A stretch of 64,000 nt of DNA from Treponema sp. (GTDB lineage Bacteria; Spirochaetota; Spirochaetia; Treponematales; Breznakiellaceae), in assembly GCA_031279975.1 (NCBI GenBank), contig JAITHL010000131.1, forward strand, positions 1,505 through 65,504, in the 5' to 3' direction. Each line of letters begins with the position of its first letter. The stretch's first letter is position 1. Below, piece by piece: positions 45,534 through 54,727 of this stretch. The notes below the pieces were generated by a model. It was given only the letters and a program-made list of their open reading frames with translations, made no database searches and was not told the DNA's origin. The translations under genes were made by a program, and so were the position numbers.

Positions 45534-47377
45534 AAAAAAAACTCCGCTTTGCCCTGAGCTTCCTGGCCGCCCCGGCGGCGGCCTTGCTCTGCTTCAGGTT
45601 TAAGGGGCTGGCCCCGGCAAAGTGGTACCCGGTCGCCGTGAGCGGCGGGATGTTCTTCCTGTTCGCGGGGAGCTTCCTGCGGCCCCCGGTGATTATTTTC
45701 CGCTTCGCCCTGAGAATGGACCGGACCATTCGGGGATCAGGGAGGGAAAAGCCAGTAGAACGGTACTGCCGGAAGGTAACGCTCCTCTGGTGCGCCTTTT
45801 TCCTGGTGAACGGCGGCATAGCCGCGGCAACGGTCTTCCAGTCAAACGGGGCATGGCTGCTCTATAACGGGTGTATTTCATACATCCTGATGGGAATTTT
45901 ATTTTTAGGAGAATTTATGGTACGCCAAACAGTTGATAAGAATCTGCGCCGGGAAAACGGGCCGCCGGGAGTTCCCGGGGAGCTTCCCATTTCCCGGTTT
46001 ACCCCCGCTTCGCGTCCAGCGGATGCCATACTCTGCTACGACGGCGCGTATGCCGATGGAAAGTACCAGACGTGGCGGGACTTTCTCCGGGATACCGCCC
46101 TGCTTCGGGCCGCCATAGCCCCGTCGCCCCAGACCCGGTGGATACTCTATGCCGACGACTACTGGCATTTCCTCACCGCCTTTGTGGCCCTCCTTCAATG
46201 CCGGAAACAGCCCCTCCTTCCGCCCAGTACGGCGGCGGCCCTTATCGCCGGGATTGCCGGGGAGGGCGGCGCGGCGGCGCTCAGCGACCAGGATATCCCC
46301 GGCGCGGTATCCATCCCCCAGACCCTCGCCGCTTCCGGCGAAGCGCCGTCGGCGGAGCATATCCCCATCAACCCGGTGGAGTCGGTCTTTATGATCTACA
46401 CATCGGGGTCCACGGGAAAACCCAAGGGTATTCCCCACCGGCTGGTGGAATTTGAAGTAGACATTGGCTTTCCCCCTGAGTGGGTGGCGGCTTGGCGGGC
46501 CCGCAAAAACGCGGTTACCGTGAACCAGCACCATATCTACGGTCTCGTGTTTTCCATTATCCTGCCCTTTACCCTGGGCGTACCCTTCCGCCGGAAACGC
46601 CTTGAGCGGCCTGAGGAATTGCCGGCCCTCGCCGATACGCCCTACATGATCTTCACCAGCCCGGCCTTCCTCAAACGGGCGGTGGAAAGCGGCCTGGATG
46701 CCAAGCTGCGGGACCCGTGGATTGTGGCCTCCGGCGGGTTCCTGCCCCAGGAGATCGCGGAAAAGACCAGCCGTGTCTTGGGGGCCTGGCCCATTGACAT
46801 CTACGGCAGTACCGAAGGATCCGGTATCGCCTGGCGGCAGTCCAAAGACGGCCCCCAGTGGCGGCCCTTCAGCAGCATCAAGGTTTCCACCAATGAGGCG
46901 GGCTGTTTGGTTATCCACCTGCCCTTCCCCAATGTCCCCCCCATACCCACCGGGGATTTGGCCGAGGTTTTGAGCGACGGCCGGTTTATACTTAAAGGGC
47001 GGGCGGACTCCATTGTTAAAATAGAGGAGAAGCGGGTTTCCCTTACGGAAGTGGAAGCGCGGATTATGGAATCCGGCCTGGCCCAGGACGCCGCGGTAAT
47101 TCCCCTGGAAGACCGGCGGCAGTACCTTGCCGCCGCAATCGTCCTCTCCAGCGAGGGCAAGGAGCGGTTTGCCGGGAAAGAAAAACATGAAATCAACCAG
47201 TTCTGGACCGGGTATCTCCAGGGATACTTTGAGGGGGCGGTAACGCCGAAGAAATGGCGGTATGTGGAGCGCCTGCCGGAGGACGCCCAGGGCAAGAAAC
47301 AGCGGGCCGAAATCGAGGCCCTGTTCGCCCCCGGCGCCCTGGATGACGCGCCAGGGGCGGGGGGCGGCGGTGTTTGA
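45530..47377 (+). CDS. membrane domain fused to an AMP-dependent synthetase/ligase (adenylating enzyme)
   Basis: The first ~150 aa contain about 4 TM helices. Then come YTSGSTGKPKGIPH, IYGSTEGSG and GDL...KGRADSIVKIEEKRVSLTEVE (adenylation core motifs). Confidence 0.85.
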   Translation: MKKKLRFALSFLAAPAAALLCFRFKGLAPAKWYPVAVSGGMFFLFAGSFLRPPVIIFRFALRMDRTIRGSGREKPVERYCRKVTLLWCAFFLVNGGIAAATVFQSNGAWLLYNGCISYILMGILFLGEFMVRQTVDKNLRRENGPPGVPGELPISRFTPASRPADAILCYDGAYADGKYQTWRDFLRDTALLRAAIAPSPQTRWILYADDYWHFLTAFVALLQCRKQPLLPPSTAAALIAGIAGEGGAAALSDQDIPGAVSIPQTLAASGEAPSAEHIPINPVESVFMIYTSGSTGKPKGIPHRLVEFEVDIGFPPEWVAAWRARKNAVTVNQHHIYGLVFSIILPFTLGVPFRRKRLERPEELPALADTPYMIFTSPAFLKRAVESGLDAKLRDPWIVASGGFLPQEIAEKTSRVLGAWPIDIYGSTEGSGIAWRQSKDGPQWRPFSSIKVSTNEAGCLVIHLPFPNVPPIPTGDLAEVLSDGRFILKGRADSIVKIEEKRVSLTEVEARIMESGLAQDAAVIPLEDRRQYLAAAIVLSSEGKERFAGKEKHEINQFWTGYLQGYFEGAVTPKKWRYVERLPEDAQGKKQRAEIEALFAPGALDDAPGAGGGGV

Positions 47378-47717
47378 GGAGAAACTCCTCCAGCGCTCCG
47401 GCTCCAGCGCGGTGGTGGAATTCCGCGTTCCCCCGGAAAGCCCCTATTTTGACGGCCATTTTCCAGAGTGTAAGATACTCAGCGCGGCGGCCCAGGTCGC
47501 TATTATCCTGCGCCTTGCCGGATGCTATCTTACCGGCGGCCGTGCCGCGTCGGGGATAAAAAAACTCAAATTTACCAAAATAATACAACCCGGTGTTCCT
47601 ATCCGGCTTGAACTTGCCTGGGACCAAAATGCCGGGACCCTTTCCTTCAAAATGCTGGCTACGGAAGGGGGATGCCGCTATGCTTCCGGCTCTATGACTA
47701 TGGGGGGAAGGGGGTAA
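47370..47717 (+). CDS. hot-dog fold (FabA/FabZ-like) dehydratase 1
   Basis: PESPYFDGHFPECKILSAAAQV. GTG 47370 overlaps the ligase stop. Confidence 0.7.
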   Translation: MFEEKLLQRSGSSAVVEFRVPPESPYFDGHFPECKILSAAAQVAIILRLAGCYLTGGRAASGIKKLKFTKIIQPGVPIRLELAWDQNAGTLSFKMLATEGGCRYASGSMTMGGRG

Positions 47718-48487
47718 TGTATGGGGCGCCTTTCACAAGGCCCTGCGTTATTATCCCCGTGTACAACCACGGCGAAACCCTAGACCCGGTTATTACCGCC
47801 ATTCGGGAGGGGATCGATATCCCCATTATTCTCATTGATGACGGCAGCGATGCTGAAACAAAGCGCTGTTTGCAAAACGCGGTTTCGGCCCGCCAGGGCC
47901 TTACCCTGATCGGCCTGACGAAAAACAGCGGCAAGGGCGCGGCGGTGATGCGGGGCATTGACGCGGCCCGGGAATTGGGATTTACCCACGCCCTACAGAT
48001 TGACGCCGACGGCCAGCACGACGCGGGGCGGATACCCTTTTTCCTTGCCGAGGCGGCGGCCCACCCGGAAGCGGTCATCTGCGGCCTCCCCCGGTTTGAC
48101 CGGTCGGCCCCCGCAAGCCGGCTCTGGGGCCGTAAGATCAGCAACGGCTGGGCGAAGATCGTTACCCTTTCCAAGGCCCTGCCGGATGTGCTTTGCGGCT
48201 TCCGGGTCTACCCGGTGGAGCCCTTCTGGGCTTTGGCCCATTTCCGCCCTATCAACCGGCGCATGGGTTTTGACACGGAAATCCTGGTCCGGCTCTACTG
48301 GCAGAACATTCCAGTCCGGTTCTATCCCCTTAGGGTGATCTACCCTGAAAACGGGAGGTCCCATTTTCGCCTGGTCCGGGACAACCTCCACATTGCCTGG
48401 ACCTTTACCCGGCTCTTCTTAGGGATGATCCCCCGGTTGCCGGCCCTCCTGAACCGGCGGCGCGTCCGGGGGGGGGGAGCGGCGTGA
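47717..48487 (+). CDS. family 2 glycosyltransferase
   Basis: CVIIPVYNHGETL...ILIDDGSDAET...LQIDADGQHD. TAATG overlap with the dehydratase. Confidence 0.85.
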   Translation: MYGAPFTRPCVIIPVYNHGETLDPVITAIREGIDIPIILIDDGSDAETKRCLQNAVSARQGLTLIGLTKNSGKGAAVMRGIDAARELGFTHALQIDADGQHDAGRIPFFLAEAAAHPEAVICGLPRFDRSAPASRLWGRKISNGWAKIVTLSKALPDVLCGFRVYPVEPFWALAHFRPINRRMGFDTEILVRLYWQNIPVRFYPLRVIYPENGRSHFRLVRDNLHIAWTFTRLFLGMIPRLPALLNRRRVRGGGAA

Positions 48488-49449
48488 AACCGGACCGCCG
48501 CCATTGGGCCAGCCAGCCGGAGCTCGCCCGGTCCTACTGGCAATTCAAGGCGCTCATCGCCATGGTACGGCTCCTGCCCCTGGGCGTCCTCATCTGCTGC
48601 GCCTTTCCCATTAGTTTTTTCTATTATTTTTTGGCCAAGCGGGCCCGGCGGGAATCCCGGCGCTTTCTTGACGCGGTGAACGCCCAGTTACCGGAGGGGA
48701 AGCGCCGTTCCGTATACCGGCACTTTGCCTCCTTTGCGATATGCCTGGTGGAAAAAGCGGCGGCCTGGGGGGGGCGGATAAACGGCGGGATGATCCGGTA
48801 TCAGGATGACGCTATTGGGTCCCTGGTGGAGGACATCAATGGCCAGAAGGGGGCCTTCCTCCTCTGTTCCCACCTGGGGAACGCGGAGATGCTCCGGGCG
48901 CTGGCGGATTTCGGCCGTACCCGTGCGGGCCGCGCTTTTCCAGTGGTTTCGATTGTTGATTACTCCATGGCCGAACAGTTTGGCCGGATGCTCCGGGAGA
49001 TCAACCCTGGCTCCATGGACCATCTTATCAGCGCCCGGAACATCGGCGTTGAAACCATGGGGCGGCTTGAGGAATGTCTGGACCGCGGGGGCCTGGTGGT
49101 GAGCGCCGGGGACCGGACCGCCCCCGATGGGGGCCGGAACCGCCGTTTTCTCATTGAATTTCTCGGACGCCCCGCGCCCTTTCCCGTGGGGTCCTTCTAT
49201 CTTGCCTCGCTTTTAAAGCGGAATGTGTACTTTGTTTTTGCCCTCAGAAGGAAGACCTTTTCCCTGGCCTGCGAATATGATTTCCATGTCATTAAGAGCG
49301 GCGTTGATTTTAACTGCCCCCGGCGGGAACGGGAAGCGCGGATGGAGCGCCTTGCCCGTTCTTACGCGGAAACCCTGGAACAACTATGCAAAGTATACCC
49401 CTATCAGTGGTACAATTATTATGATTTTTGGGAGGCCCCGGATGGGTAA
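48484..49449 (+). CDS. LpxL/HtrB-like lipid A biosynthesis-type acyltransferase
   Basis: N-terminal TM helix. LLCSHLGNAEML (HX4E), VVSAGDRT. GTGA overlap. Confidence 0.7.
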   Translation: MKPDRRHWASQPELARSYWQFKALIAMVRLLPLGVLICCAFPISFFYYFLAKRARRESRRFLDAVNAQLPEGKRRSVYRHFASFAICLVEKAAAWGGRINGGMIRYQDDAIGSLVEDINGQKGAFLLCSHLGNAEMLRALADFGRTRAGRAFPVVSIVDYSMAEQFGRMLREINPGSMDHLISARNIGVETMGRLEECLDRGGLVVSAGDRTAPDGGRNRRFLIEFLGRPAPFPVGSFYLASLLKRNVYFVFALRRKTFSLACEYDFHVIKSGVDFNCPRREREARMERLARSYAETLEQLCKVYPYQWYNYYDFWEAPDG

Positions 49450-49888
49450 AACTGAAGCGTGTAAAATCATAGTGGAAACCGAGTTTAAGGTGGAGTTTTA
49501 CGATGTGGACCTGATGGGCATTGTCTACCACGGCAACTATCTCAAGTACTTTGAGGTGGCCCGCTGGGCGCTGCTTGAAAAAATACGGTACACCTACGAT
49601 GATATGGCGGCCTCAGGGTGTAGTTTTCCCGTTACCTCGGTTGCCTTGAAGTACCTGAAGCCCCTGCGCTTTAATGACCGGGTGCGGGCCCGGGCCATCC
49701 TGGAGGAATACGAAAACTGCCTCAAGATACGTTACGAGCTGTACAACGCCAGGACCGGGGAGATGACCACCAAGGGACAGACTACCCAGATGGTCTTTAA
49801 CGTCTTAAAAAATGAGTCTTCCTTTGTATGCCCCCGGTCCTTAATCGAAAAGGCCGAGTCCCTGCTCGCTTCTGAGGCCGGGCGGTGA
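49442..49888 (+). CDS. 4HBT/YbgC-like acyl thioesterase
   Basis: VEFYDVDLMGIVYHGNYLKYFEVARWALLE. ATG 49442 after GGGAGG. Confidence 0.8.
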   Translation: MGKTEACKIIVETEFKVEFYDVDLMGIVYHGNYLKYFEVARWALLEKIRYTYDDMAASGCSFPVTSVALKYLKPLRFNDRVRARAILEEYENCLKIRYELYNARTGEMTTKGQTTQMVFNVLKNESSFVCPRSLIEKAESLLASEAGR

Positions 49889-50547
49889 GCGCGCCTTGCG
49901 GACGCCGCTTCGCCTGGGCGCTTATGCTTTCCCTGGCCGCTTCCCCCGCGGTCTTTGGGGAAGCGGTGTTTTCCAGCCCCCTGACAGAGGCTGCGAAACC
50001 GCGTTTCCTTTCCCTCTGCGCCGATCTGTCCGCCCGTCCGGTGATCCGCGGGAGCTTTGAGCTGAGGCGGGCGGTTAAAAAGCTGGACCGGGTTATGGTT
50101 TCTTCCGGGAACTTTATCATCAGCGCGGAACACGGCATTATCTGGGACACGAAAAAACCCTTTCCCTCCACGATGACAATGGGCCGGGACTTTATCAGGC
50201 AAACCACGCCTGATGGAAGCGGGTCCGCGCTGTCCGCCCAGGGAAACGAGACCTTCCTGCGTTTTTCCGAGGTCATGCGGGCGCTCTTTACGGGGAATCC
50301 GGCCAAACTGTTGAGCGGCTTCCAGGCGTACTTTACCGAATCCCCGTGGCATTGGGAACTGGGCCTCATCCCGCGGGACGCCGTAATCCAGGGCTTTATC
50401 GAGCGGATCGCCATGAACGGCGAGGGGGGCCTTATCCGGGGCATAACCGTCTTCCAGAGGAACGGGGATGCGGCCTCCTATGCCTTTTCCGGCCAGCGGT
50501 TCGAGGGCCTCAGCCCCCAGGAGCGGGAGCTTTTCAATGGGGACTGA
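49885..50547 (+). CDS. LolA-like outer-membrane lipoprotein-carrier family protein (secreted)
   Basis: Signal peptide (FAWALMLSLAASPAVFG/E). F.L.R.....DRVMVSSGNFIIS...GIIWDT. Its position matches the LolA-like gene of APE-type clusters. Confidence 0.55.
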   Translation: MSAPCGRRFAWALMLSLAASPAVFGEAVFSSPLTEAAKPRFLSLCADLSARPVIRGSFELRRAVKKLDRVMVSSGNFIISAEHGIIWDTKKPFPSTMTMGRDFIRQTTPDGSGSALSAQGNETFLRFSEVMRALFTGNPAKLLSGFQAYFTESPWHWELGLIPRDAVIQGFIERIAMNGEGGLIRGITVFQRNGDAASYAFSGQRFEGLSPQERELFNGD

Positions 50548-50585
50548 ATTGGCGGGAGGCCCCTCCCTATCCCCTGGGTGCGCCT

Positions 50586-52931
50586 ATGGGTAAGGGGCTG
50601 CCGCTCTGGCTGGGTTTTCATGGGGCCCTGGCCCTGCTCTTGGGGGCTTCCCTGCTGTTCGCCTCGCCTCTGGGGTTCAACACGGACCTCCTGGACATCC
50701 TGCCCCCGGCCAGGGGCGGGGAATTACTGGCGCAGGCTGCGGACAAGGTATTGACCGAACGGAGCGCCCGGCAGATCACCGTGCTGGCGGCCCATCAGGA
50801 CTTTGCGGCGGCCCGCCGGGCCGGGTCCCGGCTCTATGCGGCCCTGGCGGGTTCGCCTTTTTTTGAAAGCCTCTCCTTCGAGACGGACGCCGATGCGTCT
50901 TCCGCGCTTGCCGCCTTCTTCCACGCCTACCGGTATGCGCTTTTGGACGAGGAAACCGCGCTGCTCCTAGAGTCCGCCCAGGCCGGCGCGGTCGCCCGGG
51001 ACGCCCTGGCAAATGCCTACGGCATGTTCACCCTGAGTTCCCTTGATACGCTGGAAACAGACCCCTTTCTCCTGGGGGAGCGGAACATGCGAAGCCTCCT
51101 CGCCTCGCCGCTTTTTACCATGGGGGCGCTCTCCCCCCGGGACGGGGTGCTCTGCGCTGAACGGGACGGGCGCTGGTTCGTCATGCTCCGGGGCGCGGTA
51201 AGCGCGGCGGGGTCCGCGTTTTCCCACCGGGAAAACGCCGTTACCCTGATTTACGCCGCGGCCAAAGACGCCGCGGCGGGGGAGGGCGGCGGGGCCTTCT
51301 ATTTTTCCGGGGCACCCTTCCATACCTTTGAAAGCGCCTCGGCCACCCGGAAAGAGGTAGCCCGTATCTCCGCCCTTTCGCTGCTCCTGGTGGCGGCCCT
51401 CTTTGTTTTGGTTTTCCGTTCCCTCCTGCCCGCGGCCCTGTCTCTGGCGGCGGCCCTCCTCTCCATCGGGACTGCCCTGGCTGGCTCGCTGCTCTTTTTC
51501 CGGGAACTGCACCTCATCACCCTGGTTTTTGGGACCGCCCTTATCGGAACCAGCCTGGATTACTCAATCCACTATTGCGTCCTCCGGTACCGGGGCGGCC
51601 TTGAGGGCCCTGCGGTCCGGGAACGGATTGGCCGGGGGATCGCCCTGGGTTTTGCCTCTACTGAAATCTGTTTTCTCCTCCTCCTCTTCGCGCCCTTTGC
51701 CATACTAAAACAGTTCGCCCTGTTTTCCCTGTTCGGGATGGCCTCCTCCTATCTTACCGTGACGCGCCTCTACCCCCTGTTGCCGCTTCGGGTCAAGAAC
51801 GCCGTTTTTGCTCCCCGGCGTATCCGGCGCGGCGCGCGGGCCGGTATCTTGGCCGGACGGATCATCCTCGCGGTCCTGGCGCTTATAGCCGGGGGCTTTG
51901 CGTTCCTCAACCGGGAGAAGCTCGCCGTTCATAACGACATCCGCGGCCTCTATACGGCGCCGCCCTTTTTGGCGGAACAGGAACAGATCGTTTCCCAGAC
52001 CCTGGATTACGGGGCATCCCCCCAGTATTTCCTCGTGGCGGGGGCCTCGGAACAGGAAACCCTGGAACAAGAGGAGGCCCTCCGCGCCTTGTTGGACCGG
52101 GAGATCGCGGAAAAACAGCTCCGCTCCTTCGTGGCGGTTTCGAGCGTTATCCCCCCGTTGCGGCGGCAGGAGCGGAACCGCGCGGCCGCGGCGAAGTTGC
52201 TCCCCCTCGCGGCGGGGCAGTTTGCGGCCCTGGGCTTCCCGCCTGACGCGGCGGAGGCGTTTATCGCGGATTTTGAGCGGGAAGCGGGGCGGCGCCTCCG
52301 GCCCTCAAGCGAAATGCCCCGGTATTTCAAGGACCTCCTTGAAAATCTCTGGATAGGCGAACTGGGGGGCCGTTACTATTCCTGCGTACTCCTCATCCGT
52401 CCTGAAGGGGATGGCGGAAGGTTCCGGCAAATCGCCGCCGGCCTTGAGGGGGTGTACTTTGTGAACAAGGCCGGCGGCGTCGGCGAAAACCTGGATGCCC
52501 TCACCGGCCTCCTGTTGAAGCTCTACGGCGCCGCCTATCTGGCCGTCCTTGTTTTGGCTAAATGCTTTTATCCCTGGCGGGATGTCCTCAGGATCGGCAT
52601 ACTTCCGCTACTGCTGGCGCTGGCCTGCGCCTCGGCCTTGATCCTCGCGGATATTCCGGCGGGCTTTTTCCCGGTCTGCGCCTTTCTCCTGGTTTTCGGG
52701 CTGGGGCTTGATTACAGCTTCTACTGTTTGGAAAATAAAAGGCGTGGAAACCACGGGGCGGGAACCCTGGCTGTGGCGCTTTCTTTTTTGACCACCCTCC
52801 TTTCCTTTGGGGCCCTGGCTTTCAGCGGTTTTACGCCGGTGCGTGTTTTCGGCTTGGTGATAGGCGCGGGCCTCTCCACAGCCTTTGTTTCAGCGCTTCT
52901 TTTAGGGGGCGGCGCGCATGACCCGCGGTAG
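50586..52931 (+). CDS. MMPL/RND-superfamily lipid exporter
   Basis: 781 aa with two blocks of about 6 TM helices separated by soluble domains. ATG 50586; the ORF-track extension overlaps the LolA-like gene. Confidence 0.75.
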   Translation: MGKGLPLWLGFHGALALLLGASLLFASPLGFNTDLLDILPPARGGELLAQAADKVLTERSARQITVLAAHQDFAAARRAGSRLYAALAGSPFFESLSFETDADASSALAAFFHAYRYALLDEETALLLESAQAGAVARDALANAYGMFTLSSLDTLETDPFLLGERNMRSLLASPLFTMGALSPRDGVLCAERDGRWFVMLRGAVSAAGSAFSHRENAVTLIYAAAKDAAAGEGGGAFYFSGAPFHTFESASATRKEVARISALSLLLVAALFVLVFRSLLPAALSLAAALLSIGTALAGSLLFFRELHLITLVFGTALIGTSLDYSIHYCVLRYRGGLEGPAVRERIGRGIALGFASTEICFLLLLFAPFAILKQFALFSLFGMASSYLTVTRLYPLLPLRVKNAVFAPRRIRRGARAGILAGRIILAVLALIAGGFAFLNREKLAVHNDIRGLYTAPPFLAEQEQIVSQTLDYGASPQYFLVAGASEQETLEQEEALRALLDREIAEKQLRSFVAVSSVIPPLRRQERNRAAAAKLLPLAAGQFAALGFPPDAAEAFIADFEREAGRRLRPSSEMPRYFKDLLENLWIGELGGRYYSCVLLIRPEGDGGRFRQIAAGLEGVYFVNKAGGVGENLDALTGLLLKLYGAAYLAVLVLAKCFYPWRDVLRIGILPLLLALACASALILADIPAGFFPVCAFLLVFGLGLDYSFYCLENKRRGNHGAGTLAVALSFLTTLLSFGALAFSGFTPVRVFGLVIGAGLSTAFVSALLLGGGAHDPR

Positions 52932-52932
52932 G

Positions 52933-53511
52933 ATGAACAAAAACCTCCTTCTCCCGATCCTCTGCGTTGCGGCCCTATGCGGTTCCTGCGGGAGCCTTGG
53001 GGTGAAACGGCAAAGCGCCACGGCCCCGGTCTATTGGTATGGCAGCGCTCCATACCGGCTTCTTCCCCCGGACCGTATTGAAAAGCCGATAGACATGGCG
53101 CAGCAGATCGCCGGTGTCTACGGGGAAACCGCGTTTCTGGCGGACGCCCTGGTGGTCGCCACGGAACAGGGCCTTACGGTGGTCCTGTACGACGCTTGGG
53201 GGACAGAGCTGGCGGCCCTTTCCTTTGACGGCAAAACCGCCGTCTTTGAATCCGCCTTCTTCCCCGCGCTCAAGGGGGAGTATATGATTGCCGATTTTCA
53301 ACTGGTCTTCTATGCCGTGAAGGACCTTGAGAAGGCGCTGGGAGCGGCGGGGCTGGGCCTTGAGGTAGGCCGGGGGGATGGCGCCGTGGAAAAGCGGACG
53401 GTAAAATGGAATAATGAAATCATTATTGAAATAACCAAGACCCCCGGTGCGATATACTATGTGAACCATCCACGGAATTACCGTTATACCCTGCGAGGTG
53501 CTTTTGAATGA
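52933..53511 (+). CDS. small lipoprotein (DUF3261-like position)
   Basis: MNKNLLLPILCVAALCGSCGS lipobox. Lies directly after the MMPL gene, as in APE-type clusters. Confidence 0.55.
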   Translation: MNKNLLLPILCVAALCGSCGSLGVKRQSATAPVYWYGSAPYRLLPPDRIEKPIDMAQQIAGVYGETAFLADALVVATEQGLTVVLYDAWGTELAALSFDGKTAVFESAFFPALKGEYMIADFQLVFYAVKDLEKALGAAGLGLEVGRGDGAVEKRTVKWNNEIIIEITKTPGAIYYVNHPRNYRYTLRGAFE

Positions 53512-53990
53512 TAGAGCGGACAGAACTGTTAGACCTGGTACCCCATAAGGGGAAGATGTTGCTCCTTTCCCGGATTACCAGCTATGATCTGGAAAAGTGG
53601 ACCATACACGCGGAGTTTGACAGCGATGCGTCCTGTCTATTCTACGATCCCCTGCTGGGCGGCGTTCCCGCCTGGGTAGGTTTTGAATGCATAGCCCAGG
53701 CGGTTTCCGCCCTGTCAGGATTGGCGGCCCGTCACGCCGGGAGGCGGCCCAACATCGGTATTATCCTGAGCGTCGCCAACCTGGAGGTAATCCGCCCGGT
53801 TATTCCCCCGCGGGCCTTTATAAACGCTACGGAGTGCGCCCGGCTTGAGGCGGTACGGGTCTTTAACGGCGCCGTGTACGCGGAAGACCAGGCGGGCCGC
53901 GGCCTTGCCGCCCGGGCCAGGCTGACGGTTATGGAGGTTGAGCGGTTTCAAGACCTCTTGCCCAAGGGAGGAGTTCATGGGACAAATTGA
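53508..53990 (+). CDS. hot-dog fold dehydratase 2
   Basis: LVPHKGKMLLLSRI...VPAWVGFECIAQAVSAL. ATGA overlap. Confidence 0.65.
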   Translation: MIERTELLDLVPHKGKMLLLSRITSYDLEKWTIHAEFDSDASCLFYDPLLGGVPAWVGFECIAQAVSALSGLAARHAGRRPNIGIILSVANLEVIRPVIPPRAFINATECARLEAVRVFNGAVYAEDQAGRGLAARARLTVMEVERFQDLLPKGGVHGTN

Positions 53991-54717
53991 TCAGGCGGGG
54001 AAAAAAGTGTTGGTTACCGGGGCAAGCCGGGGCATCGGCAGGGCCATAGCCCTGGCCGTCTCACGGGCGGGGTATAGTTTAGCGGCCTGTTACCGCCAGA
54101 GCGAGGAAGCGGCCCTGGCTTTGCGGGAGGAGGTTCTTTCCGCTGGCGGGGAAATTGAGCTGCTGCGTTTTGATATCGCGGACCGGGAATCATGCCGGGA
54201 AAACCTGGAACGCTGGGTCAAGGAAGGGGGCGCTCCCTGGGGGATCGTGTGTAACGCCGGCGTTCACGCGGATAACGCCTTCCCTGCCTTGCGCGATGAT
54301 GACTGGGACCGGGTGGTACACACCAATCTTGACGGCCTGTTCAACGTGCTGCGCCCCCTGTTCATGCCCCTGGCCCGGAAAAAGCGGGGCAGGATTATCG
54401 CCCTCGCCTCGGCGTCCGGCATTACCGGCAACCGGGGGCAGGTGAACTACAGCGCCGCCAAGGCGGGGATTATCGGGGCCGCTAAAGCGCTGGCGGTGGA
54501 ACTGGCGAGCCGTTCCATCACGGTAAACTGTATTGCCCCAGGGGTTATTGAAACGGACATGGTAAAGGACGCGCCCTTGGACGCGCTGCTCCCCCAGATA
54601 CCCCTGGGCAGGCTAGGACGGGCTGAAGAGGTCGCCGCCTTGGCGGTGTTTCTCCTCTCTGAAGATGCCGCGTACATCACCCGGCAGGTTATTTCGATAA
54701 ACGGCGGATTGGTATAG
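53977..54717 (+). CDS. fabG: 3-oxoacyl-ACP reductase (SDR, FabG-like)
   Basis: VLVTGASRGIGRAIA, NAG, SASGITGNRGQVNYSAAKAG (S-Y-K triad). ATG 53977 after GGGAGGAG. Confidence 0.88.
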   Translation: MGQIDQAGKKVLVTGASRGIGRAIALAVSRAGYSLAACYRQSEEAALALREEVLSAGGEIELLRFDIADRESCRENLERWVKEGGAPWGIVCNAGVHADNAFPALRDDDWDRVVHTNLDGLFNVLRPLFMPLARKKRGRIIALASASGITGNRGQVNYSAAKAGIIGAAKALAVELASRSITVNCIAPGVIETDMVKDAPLDALLPQIPLGRLGRAEEVAALAVFLLSEDAAYITRQVISINGGLV

Positions 54718-54727
54718 GGGGCGGCCA

